Of a stretch of DNA of 64,000 nucleotides, positions 13,517-23,264 are shown piece after piece. The notes beneath the pieces are model-generated. The model was given only the letters and a program-made list of their open reading frames with translations, had not been told where the DNA came from and ran no database searches. The position numbers and the translations under genes were made by a program. Each line of letters starts with the position of its first letter. The first letter of the stretch is position 1. The DNA is from Candidatus Binatia bacterium (GTDB lineage: Bacteria > Desulfobacterota > Binatia > HRBIN30): NCBI GenBank assembly GCA_038245295.1, contig JBBRSP010000001.1:288001-352000 (forward strand). The letters are read 5' to 3'.

Positions 13517-14140
13517 TCAACCGGCGTCTGTGGTAGGTCCGGCAGGAAGGATCTCGCTCACGCGGATCGAATAGCTGAGAACCGACGAGGCGAGCGACTC
13601 CGCCGCCGTGTAGGTTGTGATCTGCCGGTAGGTTCCGCGCTCCGGCCGAGGGAATACCTCAACCTCACCCCGGCGCAGGTTCACAATCCAGTACTCGCCG
13701 ATGCCGCGCGCGGCATAGAGGCGTGCTTTTGTTAGTCGATCCTGTGGCAACGATGAATCGGCAACCTCGATGACGAGGCGCGCCGTGGTTGGGTGCTGGG
13801 CGACGTAGTCGCTCGGCGTACGGTCGACGACCGCGAGGTCCGGCTCAGGAACCTGCTTGTCGTTCAAGACAAGGTCCATCTGACAACGCACATGCATTGT
13901 CGTCGGTAACCGCTGCTCGGGAAGGTGCTGAAGAATCGAAATGACGGCGGCATGGCGTGGCGACTGCGGTGACATGCTCACCACGACGCCGTTGAGCAAT
14001 TCAACCCGATCGTCTTCGCTGAGCAACCCGCGCTCGAGCAAGCCGAAGTACGCTTCCACCGTGTACAGCGGTTCCGTTTGGCTGTTGCGGCGCATGGGTG
14101 AGTGCATACCATCTCGTCCCATCAATCCAACCGTAGGCAA
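13517..14140 (-). CDS. Uma2 family (DUF820) restriction-endonuclease-like protein
   Basis: RVELLNG, MSP, PEPDLAVV, LVIEVADSS, K..LYA..GI.EYWIV; true start may be ~35-45 nt downstream. Confidence 0.9.
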   Translation of the reverse strand: MPTVGLMGRDGMHSPMRRNSQTEPLYTVEAYFGLLERGLLSEDDRVELLNGVVVSMSPQSPRHAAVISILQHLPEQRLPTTMHVRCQMDLVLNDKQVPEPDLAVVDRTPSDYVAQHPTTARLVIEVADSSLPQDRLTKARLYAARGIGEYWIVNLRRGEVEVFPRPERGTYRQITTYTAAESLASSVLSYSIRVSEILPAGPTTDAG

Positions 14141-14305
14141 GGCAAATGGCGTACCAGCCGAACTTGGTGCCCCAGTGCGGACGCGTGTGGCTCGCCCTGG
14201 AGGGTTCGGTACTCAGTGTGAGTCCATCGATTTTGTCGCGGCGATCGCTCCAGTGTCGACAGGGGCTAGTCGCTTCTGCGTCGATGGACTACATCTCGGC
14301 ATTCC

Positions 14306-14983
14306 ATGCGCGCGCTGATTGCCTTTGATCTCGATGGAGTTTTGTATTCGGCCGAGGCGTTTCTCGGCGAGGCGTATCGCGATGCCATCGCCAACGTGAA
14401 CGAGCGGCGCCCCGGATCTTTCCCGCGTGTGCCGACGACGCGCGAGATCCTCGATCACGTCGGTTGGCCGGTGCCGGTCATTTTGCAGCGCCTGTTCCCG
14501 GCGATTGAGCCGGCCGCCGTCGAGTTGCTCTATGACGAGACGCTGCGAGTCATCGCCGCATATGTGCGCCAGAAGCGCGGCGAGCTGTTTCCCGACGTGG
14601 TCGCGACGTTGCAGCGCCTGCGCGCCGGGGGCTTCACTTTGGTGGTTGCCTCAAACGGCCGACGCCCGTACATCGAAGCGGTGTTGGAGACGTACGATCT
14701 GGTGCCACTGTTCGATCGGCTGATCACCGTCGACCGTGGCCGCCTTGATGACAAGGCGTCGGTGCTGCGGGCCTACCTGGCGCACCACGCTATCGCCGCA
14801 GCCCAGATGACCATGGTGGGTGATCGCACCAGCGATGTGGAGGCGGCGCAGGCGGTGGGCGCGCCGTTCATTGGTTGCGACTACGGCCATGGCTACCGTG
14901 ACGAGCTCGAAGGCGCCGGGCCCATCGTCGCGTCGTTTGCCGCTGTGGCCGACGTCGTCGAATCGCAAAGGGTGACGCCATGA
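14306..14983 (+). CDS. HAD-family hydrolase (phosphoglycolate phosphatase-like)
   Basis: FDLDGVL, ASNG, K, GDRTSD motifs. Confidence 0.9.
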   Translation: MRALIAFDLDGVLYSAEAFLGEAYRDAIANVNERRPGSFPRVPTTREILDHVGWPVPVILQRLFPAIEPAAVELLYDETLRVIAAYVRQKRGELFPDVVATLQRLRAGGFTLVVASNGRRPYIEAVLETYDLVPLFDRLITVDRGRLDDKASVLRAYLAHHAIAAAQMTMVGDRTSDVEAAQAVGAPFIGCDYGHGYRDELEGAGPIVASFAAVADVVESQRVTP

Positions 14984-15171
14984 GCTTCTGGTCGGATTGG
15001 TTTGCGCGCGCCAAGTTGGAGCCTCCGCAGCGCGCCGCCGAGAACGTGACCCCACAGGCGAATGAGCCGGACGTGTTCGAATGCCGTGACTGTGGCAAAG
15101 TGTTCGAATCGCCCCGCTTGCCGGTGGCCTGTCCGGAATGCGACAGCACCAACGTCGAACGAATGACCTGA
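14980..15171 (+). CDS. Small zinc-ribbon/rubredoxin-like protein
   Basis: CRDC...CPEC; ATGA overlap with HAD gene. Confidence 0.65.
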   Translation: MSFWSDWFARAKLEPPQRAAENVTPQANEPDVFECRDCGKVFESPRLPVACPECDSTNVERMT

Positions 15172-15185
15172 CCAGAGGAGAAGCC

Positions 15186-16412
15186 ATGGCCATCGATTTC
15201 AGTTTTCCGCCCGAGATCAACGAGATCCGCGACAAGGTGCGGCAGTTCATCGCCGAAATCGTGCGGCCGCGCGAGGCGCTCATTGCCGAACGCCCGAAGG
15301 ATCGTGGCTTCATGATCTCGCAGATCATCGAGATGCGACAGGCCGCAAAAGACTGGGGTTTATGGCTGCCGCATATGGGGAAAGAATACGGCGGCATGGG
15401 CCTTGGGCACGTCGCCATGGCGAGTGTTTCCGCCGAGGCGGCGAAGTCGGGTTTTGGTCCGTTCGCTCTCAACGCCCAGGCTCCCGACGAAGGCAATATG
15501 CACACCCTGCATCATTGGGCGACACCGGAGCAGAAGCAGAAGTACCTCAAGCCGCTGTGTGATGGGTATGCGCGATCGTGTTTCGCCATGACCGAGCCCG
15601 ACGTGGCCGGCTCCGATCCGACGCTGATCCAGACGCGCGCCGTCCTCGACGGCGACGACTGGGTGATCAATGGCCACAAATGGTTCATCTCCGGCGCCCA
15701 CGGCGCCCAGTTCGCCATCCTCATCGCCCGCACCGAAGATAATCCGGAAATTCCCCAGGCCGCCAACTCGGCGTTCATCATTGATCTGCCCTCCGAGGGT
15801 TGGAGTGTCGTGCGCGACGTCGAGACCATGAGCGGCAGCCACAACCACTGCGAGATTCGGATTGAGAATCTGCGCGTGCCGCTCTCGGCGATGTTGGGTG
15901 GCAGAGGGCAGGGGCATCTGCTCGGGCAGGCGCGGCTCGGGCCGGCACGTCTAGCGCACTGCATGCGTTGGATCGGCCAGGCCGAGGTGGCGCTCGATAT
16001 GATGGTCGACCGTGCTACCAAACGTTTCGCGCACGGCTCCTACCTTTCGGAGAAGCAGGGCATCCAGTGGATGATCGCCGATTCGACTATGGAGCTTTAC
16101 CAGTGCAAGCTCATGGTGTTGCATGCCGCCTACAAGGTCGATCGGGGCGAGGACTTCCGCAGCGAGGTGTCGATGGCCAAACACTTCGTCGCCAACTCGC
16201 TCAACCGCATCGTTGATCGCGCCATCCAGGTGCACGGCGCGCTCGGCTACTCGAAGGACACGCCTCTTGCCAGCATGGCGCAACACGCCCGCTGGGCTCG
16301 TTTTGCCGACGGCGCCGATGAGGTGCATCAGTGGCGCATCGCCCAGCGCGCCATCGATGCCCACAAGAAGGACGGCACGACCCGCGCGGCGACCGGAAAC
16401 CTACCACTCTGA
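15186..16412 (+). CDS. Acyl-CoA dehydrogenase family protein
   Basis: APDEGNM, FAMTEP, GSDP, NGHKWFISG, RLGPARLAHCMR, DGADEVH; start at ATG 15186 after GAGGAG. Confidence 0.95.
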   Translation: MAIDFSFPPEINEIRDKVRQFIAEIVRPREALIAERPKDRGFMISQIIEMRQAAKDWGLWLPHMGKEYGGMGLGHVAMASVSAEAAKSGFGPFALNAQAPDEGNMHTLHHWATPEQKQKYLKPLCDGYARSCFAMTEPDVAGSDPTLIQTRAVLDGDDWVINGHKWFISGAHGAQFAILIARTEDNPEIPQAANSAFIIDLPSEGWSVVRDVETMSGSHNHCEIRIENLRVPLSAMLGGRGQGHLLGQARLGPARLAHCMRWIGQAEVALDMMVDRATKRFAHGSYLSEKQGIQWMIADSTMELYQCKLMVLHAAYKVDRGEDFRSEVSMAKHFVANSLNRIVDRAIQVHGALGYSKDTPLASMAQHARWARFADGADEVHQWRIAQRAIDAHKKDGTTRAATGNLPL

Positions 16413-16496
16413 TCGTCATTGAAGAGCCAAGAGTGAAATGACGGCGTGTGCAAAGGCCGCCTCTTTCCAACCTTGCCTCGGCCGGGATGAGAGTCG

Positions 16497-18524
16497 TTAA
16501 GGGCACATGGTGTGCGTGAACATCGGAACGGGCACCGGCGCCAGGGCCCAATTCGGCCGGAAGATGTCGGGTAGGCTGCTTGGCCAACAAAAGAAGCCGG
16601 CGGTGTTTGCCGTGTACTCGGTCGGTGTCCAATTGAGGCCAATCTGAGGCGTTTGCAGCCCGTAGGTGTCGATCTGGGGCATGGGGCCCTGTGCGAAACC
16701 TACCGGGGAGATCTCTCCTACGACATCGGCAATCGCCGAGTCGGAACTGAAGGTGCCGTTTGTGCTGCCGCCCTCGCCGACCGACACGAGGGCCGTCATG
16801 TTGGTACCGCGGATACCCGAGACGTTGACGTAGCCGTTGTGCTGGCAGTGGGGTGAGAGGGTGACGACGACGTTGCCGTAGGCACCCTCGATGTCGGTTC
16901 CGGTGAGATTGTCGACGCGCGCGTAGGTACCGAAGCCGACACCTTGCTCGTCGGTCGGAGGCACAACCATGTTGTTGCGGATACATCCGCCGTCGCACTG
17001 GTCATGACCGCAGAGTGGCGCGGCGTGGTCCGTCTCCATGCGCAAAGCAACCCCGCCGTGACTGAACACATGGGAGACGGTGCATCCGAGGCACGACTGC
17101 ACCTGGATTGGTCCCCAGCCCGACGGCGACAGCACGTTGTAGACCCACTCCATTTTAAATCCTTGCGGCATCCTTGGGGCGGCGAACGTCGAGCCGGCGA
17201 TGGCTCGCGGCTTCACTACTGGGTTGCGGGCGTAGTAGATCGTCGGTCCGGTCGGATCGCCGGTGAGCGGATCGAGAACCCGCTCGGGGTTTTGGATCGA
17301 GAAGAAGCGCGACAGTTCGACGCTGTTCGACCAGCCGACGAGCGCGGCAAAGGAGTTCGACGGGATGTTGCGAAAGCGGGCGTCGAGATCGACGACGAAC
17401 ATGGTCTCAATCGGCCAACGCGGATTGTGTGGCAGCGAGTCGATGTTCGACATGCCGTTGGCTTCCGAGTTGCCGCGCTCGGCGGTCGAGTGCAACTTGT
17501 TCTCTCGGGTTGGACTGCCGGGCCCCCCACAGCCGTCGCCGGCAGTGATCGTGATGTTCGATACCTCAGTGGTCGCGCCGATTATGAAGAGTGGATTCTC
17601 GCCTTTGGCGCCGGTGCTCGGACTCAGCGGCGCAGTGAGGGTGGCTGCGGGGGAGACCTCGATGCGAACGTTCGACGGTACGACAACCGCCGCAAAGCGG
17701 TGAAGGCCGGGCCCGATGAAGACGCGACCCTGCGGCGCAATGTCGACGGCAGGATTCGCCGCCGCCGCTGCCAGTAGCGCGGTGAGTTCAGCGCTCTGAT
17801 CCGTGTCTGGATCTTGCACTGCCAGCAAAGCGTAGGGCGGGTTCGTGCACGTCGAGAGGCAATTCCGCGGGGGATCGCTGTTGCGGGTGGCGCGGAAGAT
17901 ATCGATCTGGTCGTTACGCAGCGTGATCGCTGGATCTCCGTAGGCGTGCGCCAGGGCATCGGCGCACCAAGCGGTCTCCCCGAGTTGGAATTGCAGAGCG
18001 ATCCGTACCTGCGTCGTCTCGTCGAGAGTGTAGGCCCAACCGGCGCCGCCGGCCTTGACGGTCAGGCGGTCCTTCTTGAGGACGACCTTGGCGATCGGAG
18101 CATCCGGGGCGACGTCGATGAACTCGAAGCCGCTCGGTCGGGCCGTCGTGCCGAGAGCCTTCCAGCCGGAGGGCGGCAAGACGACCTCGACGCGTTCGCC
18201 GCTGCCGGCCGTGTTGGCCACCACCACGGTACCACCGTTCAACGTTGGATCGTCGCCGCTGCCCCGCACCGGTGGAACGATGCGATTCTCCGAAGCGCTG
18301 CGACCGGTACGTGCACTGAAGCGCAGCGTCCTATGCTTGAGATCGATCGGTGACGTATGGTCGTCGTGCAGAGTCAGTCGACTGGTCTTGATGCGCACGG
18401 AGTTGATGACGCTACCGGCGTCGGCCCGGGTGGGGAGCGTCGCCGATCCGAGTCCCGACAGGAGGCAAACGATACCTACCATGGGCGCCCATGGACCCCG
18501 AACCTTCATTTGCTGAAAACGCAT
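16497..18524 (-). CDS. Secreted protein with C-terminal GH82 iota-carrageenase-like beta-helix domain
   Basis: Signal peptide; VPSNVRIEV, WGPIQ, GGVALRMETD, TLSPH...NGYVNV match the recalled GH82 core. Confidence 0.6.
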   Translation of the reverse strand: MRFQQMKVRGPWAPMVGIVCLLSGLGSATLPTRADAGSVINSVRIKTSRLTLHDDHTSPIDLKHRTLRFSARTGRSASENRIVPPVRGSGDDPTLNGGTVVVANTAGSGERVEVVLPPSGWKALGTTARPSGFEFIDVAPDAPIAKVVLKKDRLTVKAGGAGWAYTLDETTQVRIALQFQLGETAWCADALAHAYGDPAITLRNDQIDIFRATRNSDPPRNCLSTCTNPPYALLAVQDPDTDQSAELTALLAAAAANPAVDIAPQGRVFIGPGLHRFAAVVVPSNVRIEVSPAATLTAPLSPSTGAKGENPLFIIGATTEVSNITITAGDGCGGPGSPTRENKLHSTAERGNSEANGMSNIDSLPHNPRWPIETMFVVDLDARFRNIPSNSFAALVGWSNSVELSRFFSIQNPERVLDPLTGDPTGPTIYYARNPVVKPRAIAGSTFAAPRMPQGFKMEWVYNVLSPSGWGPIQVQSCLGCTVSHVFSHGGVALRMETDHAAPLCGHDQCDGGCIRNNMVVPPTDEQGVGFGTYARVDNLTGTDIEGAYGNVVVTLSPHCQHNGYVNVSGIRGTNMTALVSVGEGGSTNGTFSSDSAIADVVGEISPVGFAQGPMPQIDTYGLQTPQIGLNWTPTEYTANTAGFFCWPSSLPDIFRPNWALAPVPVPMFTHTMCP

Positions 18525-18708
18525 GCGAGTCCCCGATCCACTGCTCGGCTACCGGTGCTCGGCGCCGCGCGTAAAACCGCCATTTGGGAGCGGAGTCTGC
18601 GGCGACTGTATGACCTTTGTCCAGTGCGCACTTCGCGTTCACCCCTGTGTCGCCGGCTCTTCCTCACGTGCGCGCTTCGGTCCGCGTGAATAGTTTCCTT
18701 CCTCGGAG

Positions 18709-18978
18709 TCAGGAGGCCCGCCGGGTGCTCCGCTTGGACCACGTCTCGGCCCAACTGGTGAGCGGCGCCAGGGCCGCCAGCAGGCTCTCGCCGGTGGGCG
18801 TAAGCAGGTAGCCGCCCTCGTCGCGCAGCATGACGAGGTTGCGTTCGCGCAACTCTGCCAAGCGTTGATTGAGCACGCTGGGCGACATGTCGGCACATCG
18901 TGCGCGCAGGGCGGCGAAGGTGAACGGGCCGTCACGTAGCTCCCAGAGGATGCGCAAGGTCCACCGCCTTGGACTCAC
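18709..18978 (-). pseudogene. N-terminally truncated HxlR-family winged-helix regulator
   Basis: RRWTLRILWELRDGP...SPSVLNQRLAEL...GYLLTPTGESL; similarity begins abruptly at RRW, only 15 nt from the divergent gene's start, with no RBS. Confidence 0.65.
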
Positions 18979-18993
18979 AAAAGGAGAGATCTC

Positions 18994-19563
18994 ATGACCA
19001 CGCCCACGGACGTCGTTCCGCGTATCGTCCCATTGGCTCCGCGACATCCACCGGAAGTCGCTGCCGAGCTCGAGCGCTGGATGCCACCCAGCTCGTCGAT
19101 GGAACCTCTGACGCTGTCTCGTTTGTTGTGCCGCAACCTGCCGCTGGCGCAGGCGATGCTTCCCCTCGGCGCCTTCCAGTTGTCCAAGCGCTCAGGGCTG
19201 CCGCGTCGCGTGCGCGAGTTGGTGATCAACCGCACCTGCGCCCGCCTCGGTGCGGAGTATGAATGGGGCGTCCACGCCGTCGCGTTCGGCGCGGCGGTTG
19301 GACTGAGCGAAGCCGACCTCGTCGCGACGACAACCCCTGGGATGGCTCACTGGCAGGGTAGCGACGCCCTGGTGATCCGCATGGTCGACGAGCTGATCGT
19401 CTCACACACCATGGCAGCGGCGACCTGGGCCGAGTTGAGCGCCCTGTTCGACACAACCCAGTTACTCGAGCTGGTGGTGTTATGCGGCTGGTACCACCTG
19501 ATCAGTTTCGTCATCAACGCGACCGCCCTGCCGCCGGAGCCGTGGGCGAGTCGATTTCCCTGA
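18994..19563 (+). CDS. Carboxymuconolactone decarboxylase/AhpD-like protein
   Basis: RELVINRTCAR..AEYEWGVH, QLLELVVLCGWY; AAGGAG RBS. Confidence 0.85.
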   Translation: MTTPTDVVPRIVPLAPRHPPEVAAELERWMPPSSSMEPLTLSRLLCRNLPLAQAMLPLGAFQLSKRSGLPRRVRELVINRTCARLGAEYEWGVHAVAFGAAVGLSEADLVATTTPGMAHWQGSDALVIRMVDELIVSHTMAAATWAELSALFDTTQLLELVVLCGWYHLISFVINATALPPEPWASRFP

Positions 19564-19637
19564 GATTAAGCGGCGCCCGTGTCGAGACGGGTCTGCCCTG
19601 GGTGGCAAGCCGCCGCATCGACGCTAGAGCTAAGCGG

Positions 19638-20249
19638 GTGAATCCGGATGAATGGCAACGGGCGCTCCTCGATCCCTCGGCACCGATTCCCGCATCGTGG
19701 CCAGCGGGAGCGTGGGGCGTGCTGCTGCTTTTCCTCATTCCGGTCGGCGGTGGCATTCCGGCGGGTGTGCTCATGGCACACGCTCGGGGCATCGGCTGGC
19801 CGGTCATGATGGGCCTATACTTTGTGTCGGATGTTGTGCTGGCCTGCATCTTCGAGCCTCTGTTGCTTGGTCTCATCGCGCTCGCGCGGGTCGCGCCGTT
19901 TTTGGGACGGATGGCTGACGCCGTGCGTGCATCGGTGCGGCGAACAGCCGCGCTCTATGGCACAGCCGGCGGGCCACTCGCCCTTGTATTGGTGAGCTTC
20001 GGAGTCGACCCGATGACGGGGCGTGCTGCGGCGGCTGCCGCAGGCCACGGTTTCCTTCCAGGGTGGGCCATCGCCATTACCGGCGACATGTTTTACTTCG
20101 CCCTACTGATGATCTCGACGCTATGGCTGAGCGACACACTCGGCAGCGACCGGCTGACGATCGGTGTGATGCTGTTTGTGATGCTCGTCTTGCCGGCGAT
20201 CCTGCGTCGATGGCGCTCCAGCGGAGCGCATGAGGCCGGTGGGCGATGA
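19638..20249 (+). CDS. Hypothetical membrane protein
   Basis: Several hydrophobic segments (FLIPVGGGIPAGV, SFGVDPMTGR); start uncertain, GTG 19638 chosen. Confidence 0.65.
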   Translation: MNPDEWQRALLDPSAPIPASWPAGAWGVLLLFLIPVGGGIPAGVLMAHARGIGWPVMMGLYFVSDVVLACIFEPLLLGLIALARVAPFLGRMADAVRASVRRTAALYGTAGGPLALVLVSFGVDPMTGRAAAAAAGHGFLPGWAIAITGDMFYFALLMISTLWLSDTLGSDRLTIGVMLFVMLVLPAILRRWRSSGAHEAGGR

Positions 20250-20306
20250 GGGTGGGTGGGCATCGCGGAGCGACGCGCTCCAATGTTCTGTGATAGGCAG
20301 CGCCGC

Positions 20307-20672
20307 ATGATCCATCTGATCTTTTGCCTGCGGCGGCTACCGGCACTGACCCGCGAGCAGTTCCAAACCTACTGGCGCGATCAGCACGCGCCCCTGGTCC
20401 AAACGCACGCTTCGACTCTCGGGATCCGACGCTACGTTCAGGCGCACACCCTCGACCCGACGGCTTCGCGGGCCCTTGCCGAGTCGCGAGCGGCCCCTGT
20501 CGAATTCGACGGGGTCGCCGAGATCTGGCTCGATGAGGACTATTTGGCGGGCGACGCCGCAACCGCAGAGATGATCGCTGCGGGTCGAGCTTTGCTCGAC
20601 GACGAGCGCAAATTCATCGACCTGGCGAACTCACCGATCTTCCTCACCCGCGATCACGTCATCATCGGCTAG
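20307..20672 (+). CDS. EthD-domain protein
   Basis: LTREQFQTYWRDQHAPL, RRYVQAH, FDGVAEIW, DERKFID. Confidence 0.88.
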   Translation: MIHLIFCLRRLPALTREQFQTYWRDQHAPLVQTHASTLGIRRYVQAHTLDPTASRALAESRAAPVEFDGVAEIWLDEDYLAGDAATAEMIAAGRALLDDERKFIDLANSPIFLTRDHVIIG

Positions 20673-20719
20673 TCTTGCGGGCGTCTGGAGCTTGCTCCGG
20701 CCTCCGCCGTCGAGCGACG

Positions 20720-21676
20720 TCACACGCGCGCAAGCGGATCGATGAGCACCTTCAGAACGCCGGGCTCCGACGCGCGGCGCAAGGCAGCGACGGCGTTGTT
20801 TAGGGCGAAACGATCGGAGATTAACGAAACAACATCGATGCCGCGGGCCAACCCTTCGACGGCGGGCGGGAAGCTGCCACAGCGCGAGCCGACGATGCTG
20901 ATCTCATTGATGACAACCGGTGCCAGGTTGAGGGACATGTTCCCGGCAACTGTGCTCTTCAACACCAGGGTGCCGCGTGGACGGGTGGCGGCGAGTGCCA
21001 TGGCGAAGCCCTCAGCGCTGCCGGTCGCCTCGACCACGAGATTGTTGGCGGCGCGGTTCCAGTCGTCAAATCTCACGGCGCAGATGCCGTGACGGCGCAG
21101 CAACGCCAGCTTGTTGTTGTGTTTACCAACCGCTGTGACCTTCGCTCCCGCCTGGTGCAGTACCTGGGCGATCAGCAGCCCGAGTTTGCCGTCGCCGAGA
21201 ACCGTGCACTCTATGCCGGGCTCGATGGCCACCTGTTCGAGGACTTCAAAGGCCGCCGCCAACGGCTCGGCGAATACCGCGACGTCGTCGCTGATGGAAT
21301 CCGGCACGGTGTGCAGGTTAGCCACCGGGACGGCGACGTATTCGGCGATGGCCCCGTCGGCCCCGAGGATACCCATCACCGTGCGCGTCGGGCAGTGACG
21401 TCCGAGGCCGCGGCGGCAGTAATCACATGTCTGACACGCAAAATTAATCTCGCCGACGACGCGCCGGCCGAGCCATCCGGCGGGACCACTCTCGACGACG
21501 CCGACGAACTCGTGCCCGAGGATGCCGCGGAAGCCCATATAGCCCTTGGCAATCTCCAGGTCGGTATTGCAGATCCCGGCAAGAGTCACGCGCACGACGG
21601 CCAGGTCGTCCGTCGCTGTAGGAACCGGCCGATCAACGACGGCCAGACGTGAACCATCCCATTCGAGCCCATGCAT
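20720..21676 (-). CDS. Zinc-binding (MDR) alcohol dehydrogenase family
   Basis: GICNTD, GHEFVG, CQTCDYC...C, GDGKLG; start may extend to 21712. Confidence 0.92.
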   Translation of the reverse strand: MHGLEWDGSRLAVVDRPVPTATDDLAVVRVTLAGICNTDLEIAKGYMGFRGILGHEFVGVVESGPAGWLGRRVVGEINFACQTCDYCRRGLGRHCPTRTVMGILGADGAIAEYVAVPVANLHTVPDSISDDVAVFAEPLAAAFEVLEQVAIEPGIECTVLGDGKLGLLIAQVLHQAGAKVTAVGKHNNKLALLRRHGICAVRFDDWNRAANNLVVEATGSAEGFAMALAATRPRGTLVLKSTVAGNMSLNLAPVVINEISIVGSRCGSFPPAVEGLARGIDVVSLISDRFALNNAVAALRRASEPGVLKVLIDPLARV

Positions 21677-21915
21677 GGTGAGCAGAGTAGGGGGATTTGG
21701 CCGCTTTGTCATTTGGCCGCCTTGTCATTTTGCCGAGTAGCACTGCCGCTGTGGTTCGACCGGTTCACCCAGGGGCACGTCTGATCGATCCCTGAGTCCG
21801 CTAGAGTGGACGCTGCTGACCGCTTTTTCCGCACCGCCAGACAATGCCGCCCTCGAAGTAGGCAGCAGTACACGATCGGCAGTCCCAGATCTCTACAGCA
21901 TGGTTCACTCGAGGT

Positions 21916-21930
21916 TGGCACGGCATTGGC
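21916..21930 (+). promoter_or_regulatory. Putative sigma54 (-24/-12) promoter upstream of the OmpA-family gene
   Basis: TGGCACGGCATTGGC has GG-N10-GC spacing and the TGGCACG consensus half. Confidence 0.6.
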
Positions 21931-21973
21931 AACAGTATCCATCAGCTACAACCCGCCGGTTGTGCTGCTCACC

Positions 21974-22024
21974 GTTCGGCCGGAGGACTTGACCCCCTCC
22001 TTAGTGCGAGTCCTCCGGCCGAAC
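21974..22024 (+). other. 16-bp perfect stem-loop with C-rich loop
   Basis: GTTCGGCCGGAGGACT / AGTCCTCCGGCCGAAC enclosing TGACCCCCTCCTTAGTGCG. Confidence 0.75.
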
Positions 22025-22164
22025 ATCCCACCTGCTCTGACGATTCAGACGTTTCCTTGACTTGATTGGCCACTGTTAGAAGGTTACCCGACGCTCAACG
22101 CGGGCCGGCGTGTCTTCCTTGGAGTCGTTGGTCCGCACAACCGAGCTTCTGAAGGAGGAGAGTC

Positions 22165-23187
22165 ATGGTAAGTCACGGCTTGCGGCGTTGGGTCACACGA
22201 GTGCTCAGCGGGGTGGCGTTGCTCGGGCTGTCCACGGCAGCAATGGCGGTCGACGGGCCGTACCTGGGTGTCGATGTCGGCGCTTCGATCCCAACCAACA
22301 TAAACTATCGGGCTCACGCCGAAGCAGGGGTCACCGGCAATCCCTACGCCGGGTATATGTTCAACGACTATCTCGGTTTGCAGGGCCAGATGCACTTCAC
22401 CACCCAAGACGTAGACAATCACCCGCGTCGCTACTTTCCCGGCGAAAATGAGTGGACGACGCTGGGCGGCCTGACCGCCGGGCCGCGGCTGCAGATTCCC
22501 ATGGGTGATGAGCTCGAGCTTTACACGACCTTCCAGGGCGGTGGATTCACCGGGCTCTCGGGGCGCCTCAACGGTACCGCCCCCGGTTTCTCTCTTGGCG
22601 GCGGCTTTGATTACTACCTGACGGAGCATATCGCCGTTGGCCTGTTCGGTCGCTGGAACCGCGCGTATATGTCGCCCCATCCAACCCAGCTCCAGTACCT
22701 TGCTGCCGACCAGCAGGGCCCATCCGACATCCGTTGGGCAACCGGCGGTATTGGCCTCAAGTATCGCTTCAATGCCCCCGACCACTCGATTGCCAAGGCG
22801 CCGCCGCCGCCGGCCCCGGCTCCGGCCGTGGTGCCGCCGCCGCCGGCCAAGAAGAAGATCATTCTCCGTGGTGTCAACTTCGATACCAACAAGGCGGTAA
22901 TCCGTAAGGACGCGGCGCTCATTCTCGACGAAGCCGCGCTGGTGCTCGGATCTGAAAAGACGGTCGGAGTGCAGGTCGTCGGTCACACCGATAGTCGGGC
23001 CAGTGATGCGTACAACCTGACGCTCTCGGAACGCCGCGCCGAGGCCGTGCGCGACTACCTGGTGAAGAGGAAGATCGGCGCCGCGCGTCTGACAACCAAG
23101 GGTATGGGCGAATCGCAGCCGGTGGCGAGCAACGATAGCGATGAAGGAATGGCGCAAAACCGACGGGTCGAGCTGCTCGTCGAATAA
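22165..23187 (+). CDS. OmpA-family outer membrane protein
   Basis: Signal peptide, beta-barrel strands, Pro-rich linker, GHTD, YNLTLSERRA, NRRVE. Confidence 0.95.
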   Translation: MVSHGLRRWVTRVLSGVALLGLSTAAMAVDGPYLGVDVGASIPTNINYRAHAEAGVTGNPYAGYMFNDYLGLQGQMHFTTQDVDNHPRRYFPGENEWTTLGGLTAGPRLQIPMGDELELYTTFQGGGFTGLSGRLNGTAPGFSLGGGFDYYLTEHIAVGLFGRWNRAYMSPHPTQLQYLAADQQGPSDIRWATGGIGLKYRFNAPDHSIAKAPPPPAPAPAVVPPPPAKKKIILRGVNFDTNKAVIRKDAALILDEAALVLGSEKTVGVQVVGHTDSRASDAYNLTLSERRAEAVRDYLVKRKIGAARLTTKGMGESQPVASNDSDEGMAQNRRVELLVE

Positions 23188-23264
23188 ATCTGTGGTGGGG
23201 CGCGACCTTCGATCCATCCGCAGCGCCGGCGCCTGCGTGACAGATTGGAGATCGCGTCCCAGCC

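Noticed and set aside
22084..23217. 377-aa minus-strand ORF
   Set aside because: Antisense shadow of the OmpA-family gene
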